Below are positions 1 to 8,846 of a DNA stretch of 24,457 nt, piece after piece. A model generated the notes under the pieces. The model saw only the letters and a program-made list of their open reading frames with translations. It ran no database searches and was not told the origin of the DNA. A program made the position numbers and the translations under genes. Each line of letters begins with the position of its first letter. The stretch's first letter is position 1. The DNA comes from Gammaproteobacteria bacterium (GTDB taxonomy: Bacteria > Pseudomonadota > Gammaproteobacteria > Steroidobacterales > Steroidobacteraceae). The stretch spans positions 1 to 24,457 of the forward strand of contig JAYTXT010000033.1 in assembly GCA_043742765.1 (NCBI GenBank), read 5' to 3'.

Positions 1-516
1 CTGCTGATTCTGCGGCGCAACCGCTGGGGTTGGGTCGCGGGTGCCCTGAGTTCGTGCGTCTACGTGGGGATCGCCGCGCGCGCCCGGCTGCCGATGCAAT
101 CGGTGCTGCAGGCGTACTACGTCGTTATGTCGGTGTATGGGTGGATCAGCTGGACGCGCAATGCCGAGGAGCAGGGCGGGCGCATCTTTCGCTGGCCGCT
201 GCGCCGGCACCTGTTGGCGATCATGCTGATACTCGCCGCCAGCATGCTGAGCGCGCGGTTGCTGGCGTCCGAGACCCAGGCGGCCTGGCCGCTGCTCGAT
301 TCGCTGGCCACCTGGACCAGTCTGGTGGCGACCTGGCTGGTGGCGCGTTCGGTGCTCGAGAACTGGTGCTACTGGATCTGCGCTGACCTGATCATGGTGT
401 TCCTGTTCGTTCGCCAGGGCTACGTGCCCACCGCGGGGCTGTTTTCCAGCTATATCGTCATGGCCGTGTTTGGCTTTCGCGCCTGGCTGCGCCGCTACCG
501 CCAGCAGCAGTCGTGA
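1..516 (+). CDS. pnuC: PnuC-family (nicotinamide riboside/vitamin) transporter, 5'-truncated by the window edge
   Basis: Frame is open from base 1 (LLILRRNRWGWVAGALSSCVY...). It has multiple hydrophobic helices and PnuC-like motifs 'LQAYYVVMSVYGWISW' and 'LDSLATWTSLVATWLVARSVLENWCYW'. Substrate cannot be assigned from sequence alone. Confidence 0.85.
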   Translation: MLILRRNRWGWVAGALSSCVYVGIAARARLPMQSVLQAYYVVMSVYGWISWTRNAEEQGGRIFRWPLRRHLLAIMLILAASMLSARLLASETQAAWPLLDSLATWTSLVATWLVARSVLENWCYWICADLIMVFLFVRQGYVPTAGLFSSYIVMAVFGFRAWLRRYRQQQS

Positions 517-1349
517 AGCCGGCAGCAGGCGCCGCGCCGCCGGCCGCCGCGCTGGCTCTGGTGCCAGGCCTGGAATCCGGCTCGTCCCCACTGCGCCTCG
601 AACGACTTGCTGCCGGCACCGTCAATGACAGTTGGCGGGTCGATACCGCTCGCGGCCGCTTCGTGCTGCGCGTTGATGCTGCAGCATCGCGCCGGCCCGG
701 AGTCGATCGCGAACGCGAGCGTTGCCTCCACGAGGTGGTCGCGAGCGCCGGCCTCGCGCCGCGCGTGCTGTTGTGGGCCGGTGCTGCCGGCGTCCAGGTG
801 CGCGAATATTTCGAAGGGCGCATCTGGAGCGAGGCCGAAATGGCGCAGCCGGAACCGCTGGCGCGGCTCGGTGGGCGGCTCGCACAGTTGCACTCACTCA
901 AGCCACCGGCCGCCGTCGCGCCTTTTGATCCCAGCGCCTGCGCACAGCAGTACCTGCGACTCATGGATGCCGCGACCGCGGCCACGCTGGGCGCGGCGGC
1001 AGTTGCGGCCGAAGTAGGCGCGGCCGCCCTGCAGGTTGCCGGGCATGCCATCCAGTCCGCCATTGTTCATGGCGACCTCACGTACACCAACCTGCTTGAG
1101 GGCGCTCATCTTTGGCTCCTCGATTGGGAGTATGCGCAGTGCGCCGATCCGGTCTACGACCTCGCCTGCGTCCTCGCCTACAATCCTGCCGCACGGCCGC
1201 AGGCCGCGCGGCTCATGGCGGCGGCTGGAATCAGCGGGCCGGGCGCTGCCGCCCGGCTTGTCGCGGCGACCCGGGTCTACGCAGGCCTGACCTGGCTGTG
1301 GCACCAGGCCCGCGCCACTGGCGCCGGCGCCTCCCGATCGGCAAACTAG
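513..1349 (+). CDS. Choline/ethanolamine/thiamine-kinase-like phosphotransferase (APH fold)
   Basis: The GTG start overlaps the pnuC stop (GTGA). It carries the Brenner motif HGDLTYTN, the DWEYA metal-binding motif and an N-terminal 'GTVNDSWRV...FVLR' ATP-binding strand pattern. Confidence 0.85.
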   Translation: MKPAAGAAPPAAALALVPGLESGSSPLRLERLAAGTVNDSWRVDTARGRFVLRVDAAASRRPGVDRERERCLHEVVASAGLAPRVLLWAGAAGVQVREYFEGRIWSEAEMAQPEPLARLGGRLAQLHSLKPPAAVAPFDPSACAQQYLRLMDAATAATLGAAAVAAEVGAAALQVAGHAIQSAIVHGDLTYTNLLEGAHLWLLDWEYAQCADPVYDLACVLAYNPAARPQAARLMAAAGISGPGAAARLVAATRVYAGLTWLWHQARATGAGASRSAN

Positions 1350-1379
1350 CGCGCCCCGAACAGTCCCATGGAGTGGTTC

Positions 1380-1697
1380 ATGCCCTTGTTGCGTGTAGTA
1401 GACCGTGACGGTGTCGAGCAACAGATTCAGGCGCCCAATGCCGGCGTGCTGATGGAGCCGCTTCGCGACATGGATGATGGCGTAACCGCGATCTGTGGCG
1501 GCATGTGCTCCTGCGCCACCTGTCACGTCTACATCGACGCGGCCTGGGTGCCAAGACTCCCTGCCGCCATGTCAGACGAGACCGATATGCTCAAGGACCT
1601 CGTATCCTACCGCGGCGCTGCCTCCCGGCTCTCCTGCCAGATCCAGCTGAGCGAAGCGCTCGAAGGGCTGCGCGTCACGATCGCGCCGGAAGAATAG
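1380..1697 (+). CDS. 2Fe-2S ferredoxin, adrenodoxin/putidaredoxin type
   Basis: CGGMCSCATCHV...RLSCQ motif. GGAG at 1370-1373 lies 6 nt before the ATG at 1380, which I prefer over the ATG at 1368. Confidence 0.92.
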   Translation: MPLLRVVDRDGVEQQIQAPNAGVLMEPLRDMDDGVTAICGGMCSCATCHVYIDAAWVPRLPAAMSDETDMLKDLVSYRGAASRLSCQIQLSEALEGLRVTIAPEE

Positions 1698-1715
1698 GCG
1701 CGTGCGGCCACAGCC

Positions 1716-2159
1716 ATGCAGATAGTCACCTGGTTGCTCGTGCTGGCGGCGTTGGTGGCGGCGCTGCGCGTGTACCTGGGCGTGCGCCGAATGCGCCGGC
1801 AGCGCACGGAGGACTGGGACGAGCGGCTGGTGAAGAACTTGCGCACGCAGGGCGGCGACCCGTTCAAGCCCACCGAGGTGGATTTCTTCTTCGACCTGCC
1901 AGACCAGGGTGCTTGCGAGCAGGTGGCCGCACTGTTGGGCCCGCGCGGCTTCCGGGTGGATTTTCACCGCGTCGATCCCGAGCGCGGTGATCGTTTCACG
2001 CTGCACGCGCTCCGCTCGATGCGAATTTCGGTGCCCGATATACAGGCGCTCACGCGCGAACTGTCGACACTGGCCGTGCAGCACGGCGGCCGCTACGACG
2101 GCTGGGCCACCGCGGGCATCACGCGCGCGGCGGCGCGCCGGAGCGGTGCCGCTTCCTAG
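1716..2159 (+). CDS. RraB-domain (regulator of ribonuclease activity B-like) protein with an N-terminal transmembrane helix
   Basis: '[17 protein letters not shown]...[16 protein letters not shown]' resembles the RraB domain pattern (G-D-x-x-x-P-x-x-(I/V)-(D/E)...GG-x-YDGW). The N-terminus is hydrophobic and followed by RRMRRQR. Confidence 0.72.
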   Translation: MQIVTWLLVLAALVAALRVYLGVRRMRRQRTEDWDERLVKNLRTQGGDPFKPTEVDFFFDLPDQGACEQVAALLGPRGFRVDFHRVDPERGDRFTLHALRSMRISVPDIQALTRELSTLAVQHGGRYDGWATAGITRAAARRSGAAS

Positions 2160-2908
2160 GCTCGTTTTTCGGTCTGAGCGCGCACGGCCGCCGCTGCCGC
2201 CTGCACTGCCGCGGCATCCCCCAGGTAACGGCTGGTGCGCGCGCCGAGCCGGTCATCCAGTTCGTACAGCAGCGGGATGCCGGTGGGAATGTTCAGCTCG
2301 ACGATAGCGCTCGCCGACAAGCCGTCGAGCATCTTCACCAGCGCACGCAGGCTGTTGCCGTGGGCGACGATCATGACATCGCGGTTGGCGCGCAGCTGCG
2401 GCGCGATGCGCTGTTCCCAGCAGGGCAGCACGCGCGCCAGCGTATCCTTAAGTGATTCGGTCGCCGGCAGTTCCGCCGGCGGCACCTGCGCGTAGCGCCG
2501 GTCGAAGCGCGGATGACGCGGGTCGTCGGCTGTAAGCGGCGGCGGCGGCGTGTCGTAACTGCGACGCCAGACCTGCACCTGGGCCGCGCCGTACTGCGCC
2601 TGGGTCTGCGCCTTGTCGAGACCCTGCAGCGCGCCGTAGTGACGCTCGTTGAGCCGCCAGTCGCGCTCGACCGGAAGCCACAACAGGTCGAGCTCCTCGA
2701 GTATCAGCCACTGCGTACGGATCGCGCGCTTGAGGACCGAGGTGTAAACGATCTGCGGCACCAGGCCCTCGCGGGCGATCTCGCGGCCGGCCTGGCGCGC
2801 CTCCAGGATCCCTTGTGCCGAGAGGTCGACATCGGTCCAGCCAGTGAACAGGTTTTCCAGATTCCAGGTGCTCTGGCCGTGGCGCACGAGTATCAGTTTG
2901 CCGGGCAC
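2156..2908 (-). CDS. gpmA: 2,3-bisphosphoglycerate-dependent phosphoglycerate mutase
   Basis: [10 protein letters not shown] phospho-His motif, [11 protein letters not shown] and [12 protein letters not shown] start with an upstream GGGGAG Shine-Dalgarno (SD). Confidence 0.96.
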   Translation of the reverse strand: MPGKLILVRHGQSTWNLENLFTGWTDVDLSAQGILEARQAGREIAREGLVPQIVYTSVLKRAIRTQWLILEELDLLWLPVERDWRLNERHYGALQGLDKAQTQAQYGAAQVQVWRRSYDTPPPPLTADDPRHPRFDRRYAQVPPAELPATESLKDTLARVLPCWEQRIAPQLRANRDVMIVAHGNSLRALVKMLDGLSASAIVELNIPTGIPLLYELDDRLGARTSRYLGDAAAVQAAAAAVRAQTEKRA

Positions 2909-2935
2909 GATGGCTCCCCTGTTGCTGCGCGCGTA

Positions 2936-5900
2936 TTACTGCGCGAGATTGCGCAAGGCTTCGGCGCCGGCCATCAGCGCCGCGAGGTCAGGCGCCGCAC
3001 TGACGCGCAGCTCACGCAGTGTCAGGAGCCACTGCTGACCCGGAGCGCCGAGCCGCTCTATCCAGCGCGCACGTGCCGCGCCGTCGCCGGCCCGCTCGCG
3101 CAGCGCCCGTCTGGCCAGATCGCGCTGGCCGTCGAGGCAGGCGGTGTAGAGGCGCTCGCGGGCCACGGCCTGCCAGCTGCCCGTGGTCCGCAGGCGCCGG
3201 ATCGCCGCGGCGAGCCAGTCGACGCCGAGCGCGGCAGCGGTCTGGAAGTACTGCCCGGCCGCGGCGGCGAGCGGGCGGCGCAGCGCGCTGGCGATCGCCG
3301 CCAGGTCCGGCGTCGCGCGCATCGCCGGGAGCGCGGCGAGGCGCTCCGCCAAGGCCGCGGGGATTCCCGCGGACTGTAGCTGCGTGAACAGTTCCCGATA
3401 GTGTTCGCCGGCAATGCCGGGCAGCGCTGCGGGCAGCAACCGCTGCATGGCCTGGAACGCCGGTGTCAGCCGCGCGACTTCGGCGCCTATGTCGACCTGC
3501 GCGCTGGCGGAGCGCGTCAGCAGCAGCCTGCGGGTCAGCTGCTCGACGTAGTCGCGGGTCGCGAGCAGTGCCGCATATTGCGCCACCGTTGGCACGCGGT
3601 TGTCGAGCGCTTCAATGGCGGCCCACAATTCACGCAGTCCGGCGCTATCGCGGGCAATTGTGTAGGCGCGGGCGACGGCCGCAGTGTGGGCTCCGGTCTG
3701 CGAGGCCATGCGCGTCACAAAGCCCGGATCCATGCGGTTGAGGATGCTGTTGGTGGTCGCGGTGGCGATCAACTCGCTGCGCAGGCGGTGGCGCGCAATG
3801 CGGCCGGCAAAGCGCCGGCGCCAGCGCTGCGGGAAATAGCGCTCGAGCTCACCTGCCAGGTAGGGGTCGGCGGCGATATCAGCTTCGGTCAGCGCGTGGT
3901 TGAGCGCGATCTTGCCATAGGCGAGCAGCACCGCGAGTTCCGGCCGCGTCAGTCCGCGGCCGCGCACCATGCGCTCTTCGATCTCGGTATCGTTGGGGAG
4001 AAATTCCAGGGCGCGATTGAGTTCGCCGTCGCGTTCCAGGAGCCGCAGCAGCTGCTGGTGGTCGCCCAGATCAGCAACGCTGCGTTGCTCCAACAGGCTG
4101 ATCGCCTGGCTTTGCAGGTAGTTATTGCGCAGCACCTGTGCGGCCAACTCGTCGGTGACGCTGGCGAGCAGCGCCCGGCGTCGCGCGCCCCTGGGCGCCG
4201 GGCCGCCGACGGTTCCTGCCAGCATGATCTTGAGATTTACCTCGATGTCGGAGGTGTTTACGCCGGCCGAGTTGTCGACGAAGTCGGTGTTGATGCGGCC
4301 GCCGGCCTGGGCGTATTCGATACGGCCGCGTTGCGAACAGCCGAGGTTCCCACCTTCACCCAGCACCTTCGCGCGCAGCTCGGCGCCGTTGATGCGCACG
4401 GCGTCGTTGGCACGATCGCCGATCTCGCCATGGCTCTCGTCGCCGGCCTTGACGTAGGTGCCGATGCCGCCATTCCACAGCAGGTCGACCGGTAGTTTCA
4501 GTATCGCGCGCACCACCTCGGGCGGTGAGGCGCGTTCGTGCTCGAACCCGAGCAGCGCACGCGCCTGCGGCGTGAGCGTCACGGACTTGTGCGCGCGCTC
4601 GAGCACCAGGCCGCCGGCCGACAGGCAGGCGCGGTCGTAATCGGCCCAGCTGGAGCGCGGCAGCCGGAACAGGCGCGCACGTTCGCGCTTGCTGCGGCGC
4701 GCGTCGGGATCCGGGTCGATGAAGATGTGGCGGTGATCAAAGGCCGCGAGCAGGCGAATCTGCGATGACAGTAGCATGCCATTGCCAAACACGTCGCCCG
4801 ACATGTCGCCGATGCCGGCGACGGTGAAGGGCGCGCGCATGATGTCGACTCCCAGCTCGCGGAAATGCCGCTTGACGCATTCCCAGCCGCCGCGGGCGGT
4901 AATGCCCATCTTCTTGTGGTCATACCCGGCCGAGCCGCCTGAGGCGAAGGCGTCACCGAGCCAGAAGCCGTACTCGGCGGATATCGCGTTGGCGACATCG
5001 GAATAGCTCGCGGTCCCCTTGTCGGCCGCGACCACCAGATACGGATCGTGCCCATCGCGGCTGCGCACCTGGGGCGGTGACACCACGGCGCCGTCGACAA
5101 TGTTGTCGGTGATCTCGAGCAGGCAACGGATATACGCTTGGTAGCACTCGAGCACCTCGCGCGCGCGCGCGTCGGGCGGCGCGCCCGGACGGAGCCGCCG
5201 GGCGACGAAACCACCCTTGGCACCGACCGGAACGATGAGCGTGTTCTTGACGTGCTGTGCCTTCATAAGCCCCAGCACTTCGGTGCGGAAGTCTTCCGGG
5301 CGCTCCGACCAGCGGATGCCGCCGCGGGCGATCAGGCCGCGGCGCATGTGCACGCCTTCGACGTGCGTGCCGTGGACGAAGATCTCGAAATCGGGGCGCG
5401 GCTCGGGGAGGCCTGGAATCGCGCGCGGCTGCAGCTTGAAAGCGAGCGGCCGGCTGGTGGCGTTGCTGCGGAAGTAATTGGTGCGCAGCGTTGCCAGGAT
5501 CAGCGCCAGGAAGCTGCGCAGGATCCGGTCGTCATCGGGGTTGCGCACTTCGCTGATGGCGTGGTGGAGCCGCCGCTCGATCGCCGTCGCGTCGTGGTGC
5601 GCGCGCCGGTCGGTGGCCGACGGGTCGAGCCGTCGCTCAAACAGGCGCCACAGGTCGCGGGCAATGTGCGCGTGCGTGTGCAGAACGCGCTCCATGTAAG
5701 CCTGGCTGAAAGGCAGGCCCGTCTGCAGCAGGTAGCGGCAACAGGCCCGCAGCACGCGTGTCTGGGCAACCGTCAGTCCGGCGCTGACAATCAACCGATG
5801 GAAGCCGTCGCTGTCGAGTTCGCCGGCGAGCACTGCCGTGTAGGCAATGTTGAGCTGGCGTTCCAGGGTGGGGCTGTCGGCCGCATGCAGCCCGGGAGCC

Positions 5901-7669
5901 TCGAGTTCGAAGTCCTGGATCCACGCGGCGCCGCCGGTTTCGAGGCGCAGCTCGTAGGGCCGCTCAGCAATGACGCGCAGGCCGAAACTCTCCAGGATCG
6001 GCAGCGCCTCGGAAATCGCCAGTGGCTCGCCGTGGCGCAGGAGCCGCAGGTGGGCGCGGGTGTGTTCCGCGCTCGGCGGCAATTGCAGCCGCAAGTGCCC
6101 GGCGCTGGCGGCCGGTGCACTATCGAGGTCAGCGATATCCTGCACCGCCAGCGCAGGCTCCACGTCCTGCTGGTAGGCGGCTGGAAACGCGTGGGCGTAA
6201 CGCCGGTCGAGGGCCGCGGCGGTGGCTTCATCGTGACGCGCGCGCAGCGCCGCGTGCAGGCGTTCGCGCCAGGTGACCAGCGCGGCGTCGAGTTCACGCT
6301 CCAGCGCGCGCCGCCTGACCGTTGGTTCGGTGGTCCCCGCGACGCGCACCGTGACGTGGAGCTGTGCCAGCGGTGCGTCACCGACCGCGAGCGAGGAGTC
6401 GAGCTGGCCGCCGCCGAGCGCGCGCTTGAGCACCGTCTCGATGCGCCGGAAGGCGTCGTTGTCGAGCCGCTCGCGCCCCAGATAGATAAGGCAGGACCAG
6501 TAGCGCCGCCGCCGGTCGCGGCGTACCACCAGGCATACGCCGTGAGTGCGTTCGTGGAGCGCCAGCACCGCGCGCGCGCAACGCCGCAACTCGGCGATCG
6601 ATGCCTGGAACAGCTCGTCGCGCGGCAGGTTCTCGAGGATGTTGATCAGCCGCTTGCCATCGTGGCTCGACGGGCGGAACGGGAAGGAGTCGATCACGCG
6701 CGCCACCTTCAGCCGCAGGAGCGGTACGGTGCGCGGATCGGCGTGATATGTGTTCGAGGTCCACAGCCCGCGGAATTGCGCCTCGCCGCTGAGTCTGCCG
6801 CGGGCGTCGTACTCCTTGATGGCGATGCAGTCGAGGTAACCCGGGCGATGCAAAGTCGAGCGGTGATTCGCCTTGGTGACGACCAGCAGTTCGTGCGCGG
6901 CCTGCAGCGGCACCGGAGCCGGCGGCGGCATGGTGCGTACGATGCCGAGCTCGGTGCCCGCTATCGGCACCAGCCGCGGGCCGCCCGGCCCGCGCCGCAG
7001 CCGGCTGCGGCGGAAGCCCAGAAAGGTGAAATGGTTGTCTTCCATGTATGCCAGGAGCGCGGCGCTCTCCGCCACCACAGCGGCTGGAAACGGCGGCGCG
7101 TGCCGCTGCATCTGCCTGCACAGGGTGCGCGCGGCCTGACGCATCGCCGGCCAGTCCGCGCAGGCGTGCCGCACGTCCCCGAGCGCTGCCAGCAGCCGGG
7201 TGCGTAGTGCCTCGGCCTGCTCGGTCGTGGCGACTCGATCGATGCGCAGGTACTGCCAGGACTCGCTGACGGGCACGCGCGCCGCTTTGCGTTCGCCGAA
7301 CTGCAGCAGCTTCCCGCCCGCGCCACGCACCGCGCCCATGATCGGATGGACAATGGACTGCACGCTGTGACCCGCCTCGCTCAGCGACAGGTTCAGTGTG
7401 TCGACCAGGAACGGCATGTCGTCGGTGATCAGCTCGACGACCGAATAGCTGCTGCCCGTGCCCGGCACCAGCGGTGGGCTGGTCACGCGCAGCAGCGTCT
7501 GGCGCGGGGCGCGGCGCGCACCGAAGCGCAGTTGTGTCTCCGCCGCCGAGCGCAGCGCACTCGCGCCGGCGGCGCGCCATTCCTCGGGTGGCAAGGTCAA
7601 GCGCCATGCCCGCAGCAGGCGGGCGGCGAGCTGTTGGTGGCGGCTGCCGCGCATGGGCGGTTTGCTCAT
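2936..7669 (-). CDS. gdhB: Large NAD-specific glutamate dehydrogenase (~1577 aa)
   Basis: Motifs DDMPFLVD, ARGGIRWSERPEDFRTEVLGLMKAQ, KNTLIVPVGAKGGF, YLVVAADKGTA, GYDHKKMGITARG, GIGDMSGDVFGNGML and NGGIGTYVK. Start could be 7669 or 7702. Confidence 0.95.
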   Translation of the reverse strand: MSKPPMRGSRHQQLAARLLRAWRLTLPPEEWRAAGASALRSAAETQLRFGARRAPRQTLLRVTSPPLVPGTGSSYSVVELITDDMPFLVDTLNLSLSEAGHSVQSIVHPIMGAVRGAGGKLLQFGERKAARVPVSESWQYLRIDRVATTEQAEALRTRLLAALGDVRHACADWPAMRQAARTLCRQMQRHAPPFPAAVVAESAALLAYMEDNHFTFLGFRRSRLRRGPGGPRLVPIAGTELGIVRTMPPPAPVPLQAAHELLVVTKANHRSTLHRPGYLDCIAIKEYDARGRLSGEAQFRGLWTSNTYHADPRTVPLLRLKVARVIDSFPFRPSSHDGKRLINILENLPRDELFQASIAELRRCARAVLALHERTHGVCLVVRRDRRRRYWSCLIYLGRERLDNDAFRRIETVLKRALGGGQLDSSLAVGDAPLAQLHVTVRVAGTTEPTVRRRALERELDAALVTWRERLHAALRARHDEATAAALDRRYAHAFPAAYQQDVEPALAVQDIADLDSAPAASAGHLRLQLPPSAEHTRAHLRLLRHGEPLAISEALPILESFGLRVIAERPYELRLETGGAAWIQDFELEAPGLHAADSPTLERQLNIAYTAVLAGELDSDGFHRLIVSAGLTVAQTRVLRACCRYLLQTGLPFSQAYMERVLHTHAHIARDLWRLFERRLDPSATDRRAHHDATAIERRLHHAISEVRNPDDDRILRSFLALILATLRTNYFRSNATSRPLAFKLQPRAIPGLPEPRPDFEIFVHGTHVEGVHMRRGLIARGGIRWSERPEDFRTEVLGLMKAQHVKNTLIVPVGAKGGFVARRLRPGAPPDARAREVLECYQAYIRCLLEITDNIVDGAVVSPPQVRSRDGHDPYLVVAADKGTASYSDVANAISAEYGFWLGDAFASGGSAGYDHKKMGITARGGWECVKRHFRELGVDIMRAPFTVAGIGDMSGDVFGNGMLLSSQIRLLAAFDHRHIFIDPDPDARRSKRERARLFRLPRSSWADYDRACLSAGGLVLERAHKSVTLTPQARALLGFEHERASPPEVVRAILKLPVDLLWNGGIGTYVKAGDESHGEIGDRANDAVRINGAELRAKVLGEGGNLGCSQRGRIEYAQAGGRINTDFVDNSAGVNTSDIEVNLKIMLAGTVGGPAPRGARRRALLASVTDELAAQVLRNNYLQSQAISLLEQRSVADLGDHQQLLRLLERDGELNRALEFLPNDTEIEERMVRGRGLTRPELAVLLAYGKIALNHALTEADIAADPYLAGELERYFPQRWRRRFAGRIARHRLRSELIATATTNSILNRMDPGFVTRMASQTGAHTAAVARAYTIARDSAGLRELWAAIEALDNRVPTVAQYAALLATRDYVEQLTRRLLLTRSASAQVDIGAEVARLTPAFQAMQRLLPAALPGIAGEHYRELFTQLQSAGIPAALAERLAALPAMRATPDLAAIASALRRPLAAAAGQYFQTAAALGVDWLAAAIRRLRTTGSWQAVARERLYTACLDGQRDLARRALRERAGDGAARARWIERLGAPGQQWLLTLRELRVSAAPDLAALMAGAEALRNLAQ

Positions 7670-7708
7670 TGTGCTCGGTCCACCATGGCCAGATCGTACC
7701 ATTTTAGC

Positions 7709-8833
7709 CTAATCCCTGATCTTTACGTGGGCCCGGGCCAGGTAGGTTTCGCTCTGCATCTCGACCAGCCGGCTGGCGGTACGGCGGAACTCAAAGGCCA
7801 GCCGCTCGCCCCGGTACAGCCCGGCTGGCGCTGCCGCGGCCGACACGACCAGTTTCACGCCGCGGTCGTAGAACTCGTCGACCAGGTTGATCAGGCGCCG
7901 CGCCGCGTTGTCGTGCGGCTCATCGAGCACGGGAATGTCGCTGACAAACACCGTGTGAAAACCGTCCGCCAGTTCGGCGTAGTCGGCGGTGCTACGGGCG
8001 GTCTCGCACAACGTCGCGAAGCGGAACCACACCACGCCGCCAGCGCGCCGGTGTGCGGTGAGCGAGCGACCGTTGATCGCGAGGTGACGGGAGCTCTCGG
8101 CGTGCGCGCCCGCGAGTTCGGTGTAGAGCGCCGTGAGCGCGGCCGCGCTCGCCGGCGCGGATGAGGGCAGGTAGATCGGCGCCTGGCGCAGCTGGCGCAG
8201 CCGGTAGTCGGTGCCCGCGTCCACCTCCAGTACCTCGAGGTGTTGCTCGAGCAGTGCGATGGCCGGGAGGAAACGCGCGCGCTGCAGGCCCTCTCGATAC
8301 AGGCCGGACGGCGGCTCGTTGGAGGTGATGACCAGCGTGACGCCCTGGCGCAACAGTTCCTCGAACAGCGCCCCGAGCAGCATGGCGTCGGCGATGTCGC
8401 TGACCTGCAGTTCATCGAGACACCACAGGCTCGCGCGCCGGGCCATGCGTCGCGCGACGCTACGGAGCGGCGCTGCGCGGTGCCGGATCGCCGCCAGTCC
8501 GGCATGCACCTCGCCCATCAGCTGGTGAAAGTGCTGGCGCCGCCGCGGCGTGCTGCCCGCGGAGTCGTAGAACAGATCCATGAGCCAGGTCTTGCCGCGG
8601 CCCACGCCCCCCCACAGGTAGACGCCGCGCGGCGCGGCGCTCGCGCCCCGCGGCCACAGCCGCCGTTGCAGTTGCCTGAGCACGCCCAGCCGCGAATGCC
8701 GCGCGCTCAGTTCAACACTCAGCCGCTCGAGGCGCTCCACGGCCGTTACCTGCGCCGCGTCGCCCTGCCAACTGCGCGCGGCGAGTTCGCGCGCGTACAG
8801 TTCAGGCAGGCCATTCGGGGCAGGCTCGCGCAT
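7709..8833 (-). CDS. zapE: AFG1/ZapE-family ATPase
   Basis: Walker A GVYLWGGVGRGKTWLMDLF, Walker B-like CLDELQVSDIADAM, TSNEPP and FRRTASRLVEMQ. True start is ATG 8833 (or GTG 8836); the ORF-track extension to 9580 is a shadow of ETF-QO. Confidence 0.93.
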   Translation of the reverse strand: MREPAPNGLPELYARELAARSWQGDAAQVTAVERLERLSVELSARHSRLGVLRQLQRRLWPRGASAAPRGVYLWGGVGRGKTWLMDLFYDSAGSTPRRRQHFHQLMGEVHAGLAAIRHRAAPLRSVARRMARRASLWCLDELQVSDIADAMLLGALFEELLRQGVTLVITSNEPPSGLYREGLQRARFLPAIALLEQHLEVLEVDAGTDYRLRQLRQAPIYLPSSAPASAAALTALYTELAGAHAESSRHLAINGRSLTAHRRAGGVVWFRFATLCETARSTADYAELADGFHTVFVSDIPVLDEPHDNAARRLINLVDEFYDRGVKLVVSAAAAPAGLYRGERLAFEFRRTASRLVEMQSETYLARAHVKIRD

Positions 8834-8846
8834 CACGCCCCGCTCT

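Noticed and set aside
5138-7207. 689-aa plus-strand ORF (and 3401-4495, 2513-3379) opposite gdhB/gpmA
   Set aside because: These are antisense shadow ORFs typical of high-GC codon bias. They have no motifs, and the minus strand encodes well-conserved enzymes.
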